A stretch of DNA of 64,000 nucleotides, from the NCBI GenBank assembly GCA_002269645.1, contig NIVC01000938.1, forward strand, positions 1 through 64,000. Reading direction: 5' to 3'. Source of the DNA: Macrostomum lignano (lineage: Eukaryota). Made by a program: the position numbers and the translations under genes. A model generated the notes under the pieces. It was not told the DNA's origin. It made no database searches and saw only the letters and a list, made by a program, of their open reading frames with translations. Shown here piece by piece: positions 62,701-64,000 of the stretch. Within the stretch, counting starts at the first letter, position 1; every line of letters begins with the position of its first letter.

Positions 62701-63728
62701 CCAACACAGATCCCACACTATCCCAACACAGATCCCACACTATCCCAACACAGATCCCACACTATCCCAACACAGATCCCACACTATCCCAACACAAATC
62801 CCACACTATCCCAACACAGATCCCACACTATCCCAACACAGATCGCACACTATCCCAACACAGATCCCACACTATCCCAACACAGATCCCACACTATCCC
62901 AACACAGATCCCACACTATCCCAACACAGATCCCACACTATCCCAACACAGATCCCACACTATCCCAACACAGATCCCACACTATCCCAACACAGATCCC
63001 ACACTATCCCAACACAAATCCCACACTATCCCAACACAGATCCCACACTATCCCAACACAGATCCCACACTATCCCAACACAGATCCCACACTATCCCAA
63101 CACAGATCCCACACTATCCCAACACAGATCCCACACTATCCCAACACAGATCCCACACTATCCCAACACAGATCCCACACTATCCCAACACAGATCCCAC
63201 ACTATCCCAACACAGATCCCACACTATCCCAACACAGATCCCACACTATCCCAACACAGATCCCACACTATCCCAACACAGATCCCACACTATCCCAACA
63301 CAAATCCCACACTATCCCAACACAGATCCCACACTATCCCAACACAGATCCCACACTATCCCAACACAGATCCCACACTATCCCAACACAGATCCCACAC
63401 TATCCCAACACAGATCCCACACTATCCCAGCAGCTCTCACCTGCCATTCCGTGAGCCTCCTTCTCCAGACCGTTGCTACCGGCCGCAGCAGCCAGCAATG
63501 CGGCGGCCAGCCACATCTCCGGGCACAGTGCGGCCTTGAAGGCTTCTGCAGCCTCGGTGTACAGGCCCGCTTGGTAGTTCACCAGTCCGCACCACTCCAT
63601 TTGACCGGAATTTTTCAGCTCGCTCGCCCAGGCTGTCGATAGGCGCTGCATGAGTTGAAGATTATCGGGTAAGACTTTTGTGTTTAATAAGTACTTGTGT
63701 TGTCGGATTTCCTCAGGCATGGATAAGA
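59783..63728 (-). CDS. ELP1: Elongator complex protein 1 (IKBKAP), 3' exons (~63441-63728, ~61390-61465, ~60824-60899, ~60468-60655, 59783-~60320); 5' part outside window
   Basis: AFSDAGSTVSRASS..TRKSRRKAKRKLETAGAKPGHPLEELGLLNSL resembles the ELP1 basic tRNA-binding region (SKNRRKAERKK..EGSPLEDLALL). Upstream TPR-like exons GLYTEAAEAFKAA, GRHADAVLLL, LDGCLWQR and QFAEQRDRLIRLR follow the ELP1 order. Confidence 0.88.
60655..60750. repeat. Imperfect (AGT)n microsatellite in ELP1 intron
   Basis: Directly visible. Confidence 0.95.
61580..63428. repeat. Compound minisatellite in ELP1 intron: 21/25-bp domain (61580-62460) then 22-bp domain (62470-63428)
   Basis: AATATAG(CTAG)ATACCACACTGCCC switching to the near-perfect AACACAGATCCCACACTATCCC. 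Confidence 0.97.
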
Positions 63729-63769
63729 CTACTGTTAGACCGGGGTGGACTGACTTACGAGAGTGGAGT

Positions 63770-64000
63770 GGGATGCGCAGAGGAGTGGGGTGGGCAGATT
63801 GGACTAGGGTGGGCAGAGAAGTGGGGTGGGGCAGAGTGGAGTGGGGTGGGGCAGAGAGGAGTGGGGTGGGGCAGAGTGGAGTGGGGTGGGGCAGAGAGGA
63901 GTGGGGTCGGTAGAGAGGAGTGGGGTGGGGCAGATTGGAGTGGGGTGGACAGAGGAGTGGGGTGGGGTTGATTGGAGTGGGTTGAGGCAGATTAGAGTGG
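63770..64000. repeat. G-rich ~20-bp repeat (GGGGTGGGGCAGAGTGGAGT-like)
   Basis: Directly visible; runs to the window end. Confidence 0.9.

Overview
Eukaryotic (metazoan) genomic DNA with spliceosomal introns. The GC-rich exons with poly-Q/A/S/P runs and the minisatellite-filled introns resemble a flatworm such as Macrostomum (inference, not tested). Host genes from left to right: a frameshift-riddled NACHT/NLR-like locus (+, 14-4435); a Q50 paired-like (Shox-like) homeobox gene (-, 6564-7616); a PX-PH-phospholipase D gene in which BOTH catalytic HKD motifs are degenerate (-, 8635-22473); two tandem paralogs of an unrecognised secreted protein (-), one interrupted by a very young intact Ty3/gypsy element; ubiquilin (+, 41122-58404, 12-kb first intron); and the 3' part of ELP1 (-, 59783 to window end). 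Mobile DNA is dense and nested: two CORE-like SINEs, Tc1 and mariner fragments, a deleted PIF/Harbinger element, a THAP-bearing P-like element with an 8-bp TSD that contains a Ngaro-type tyrosine-recombinase retrotransposon, a CATACATG-terminated 8-bp-TSD family, and foldback and MULE-like MITEs. There are more than ten tandem arrays. The strongest candidate for new biology is the pseudo-enzyme PLD. All alignments and coordinates were read by eye; splice models and family names need computational confirmation.
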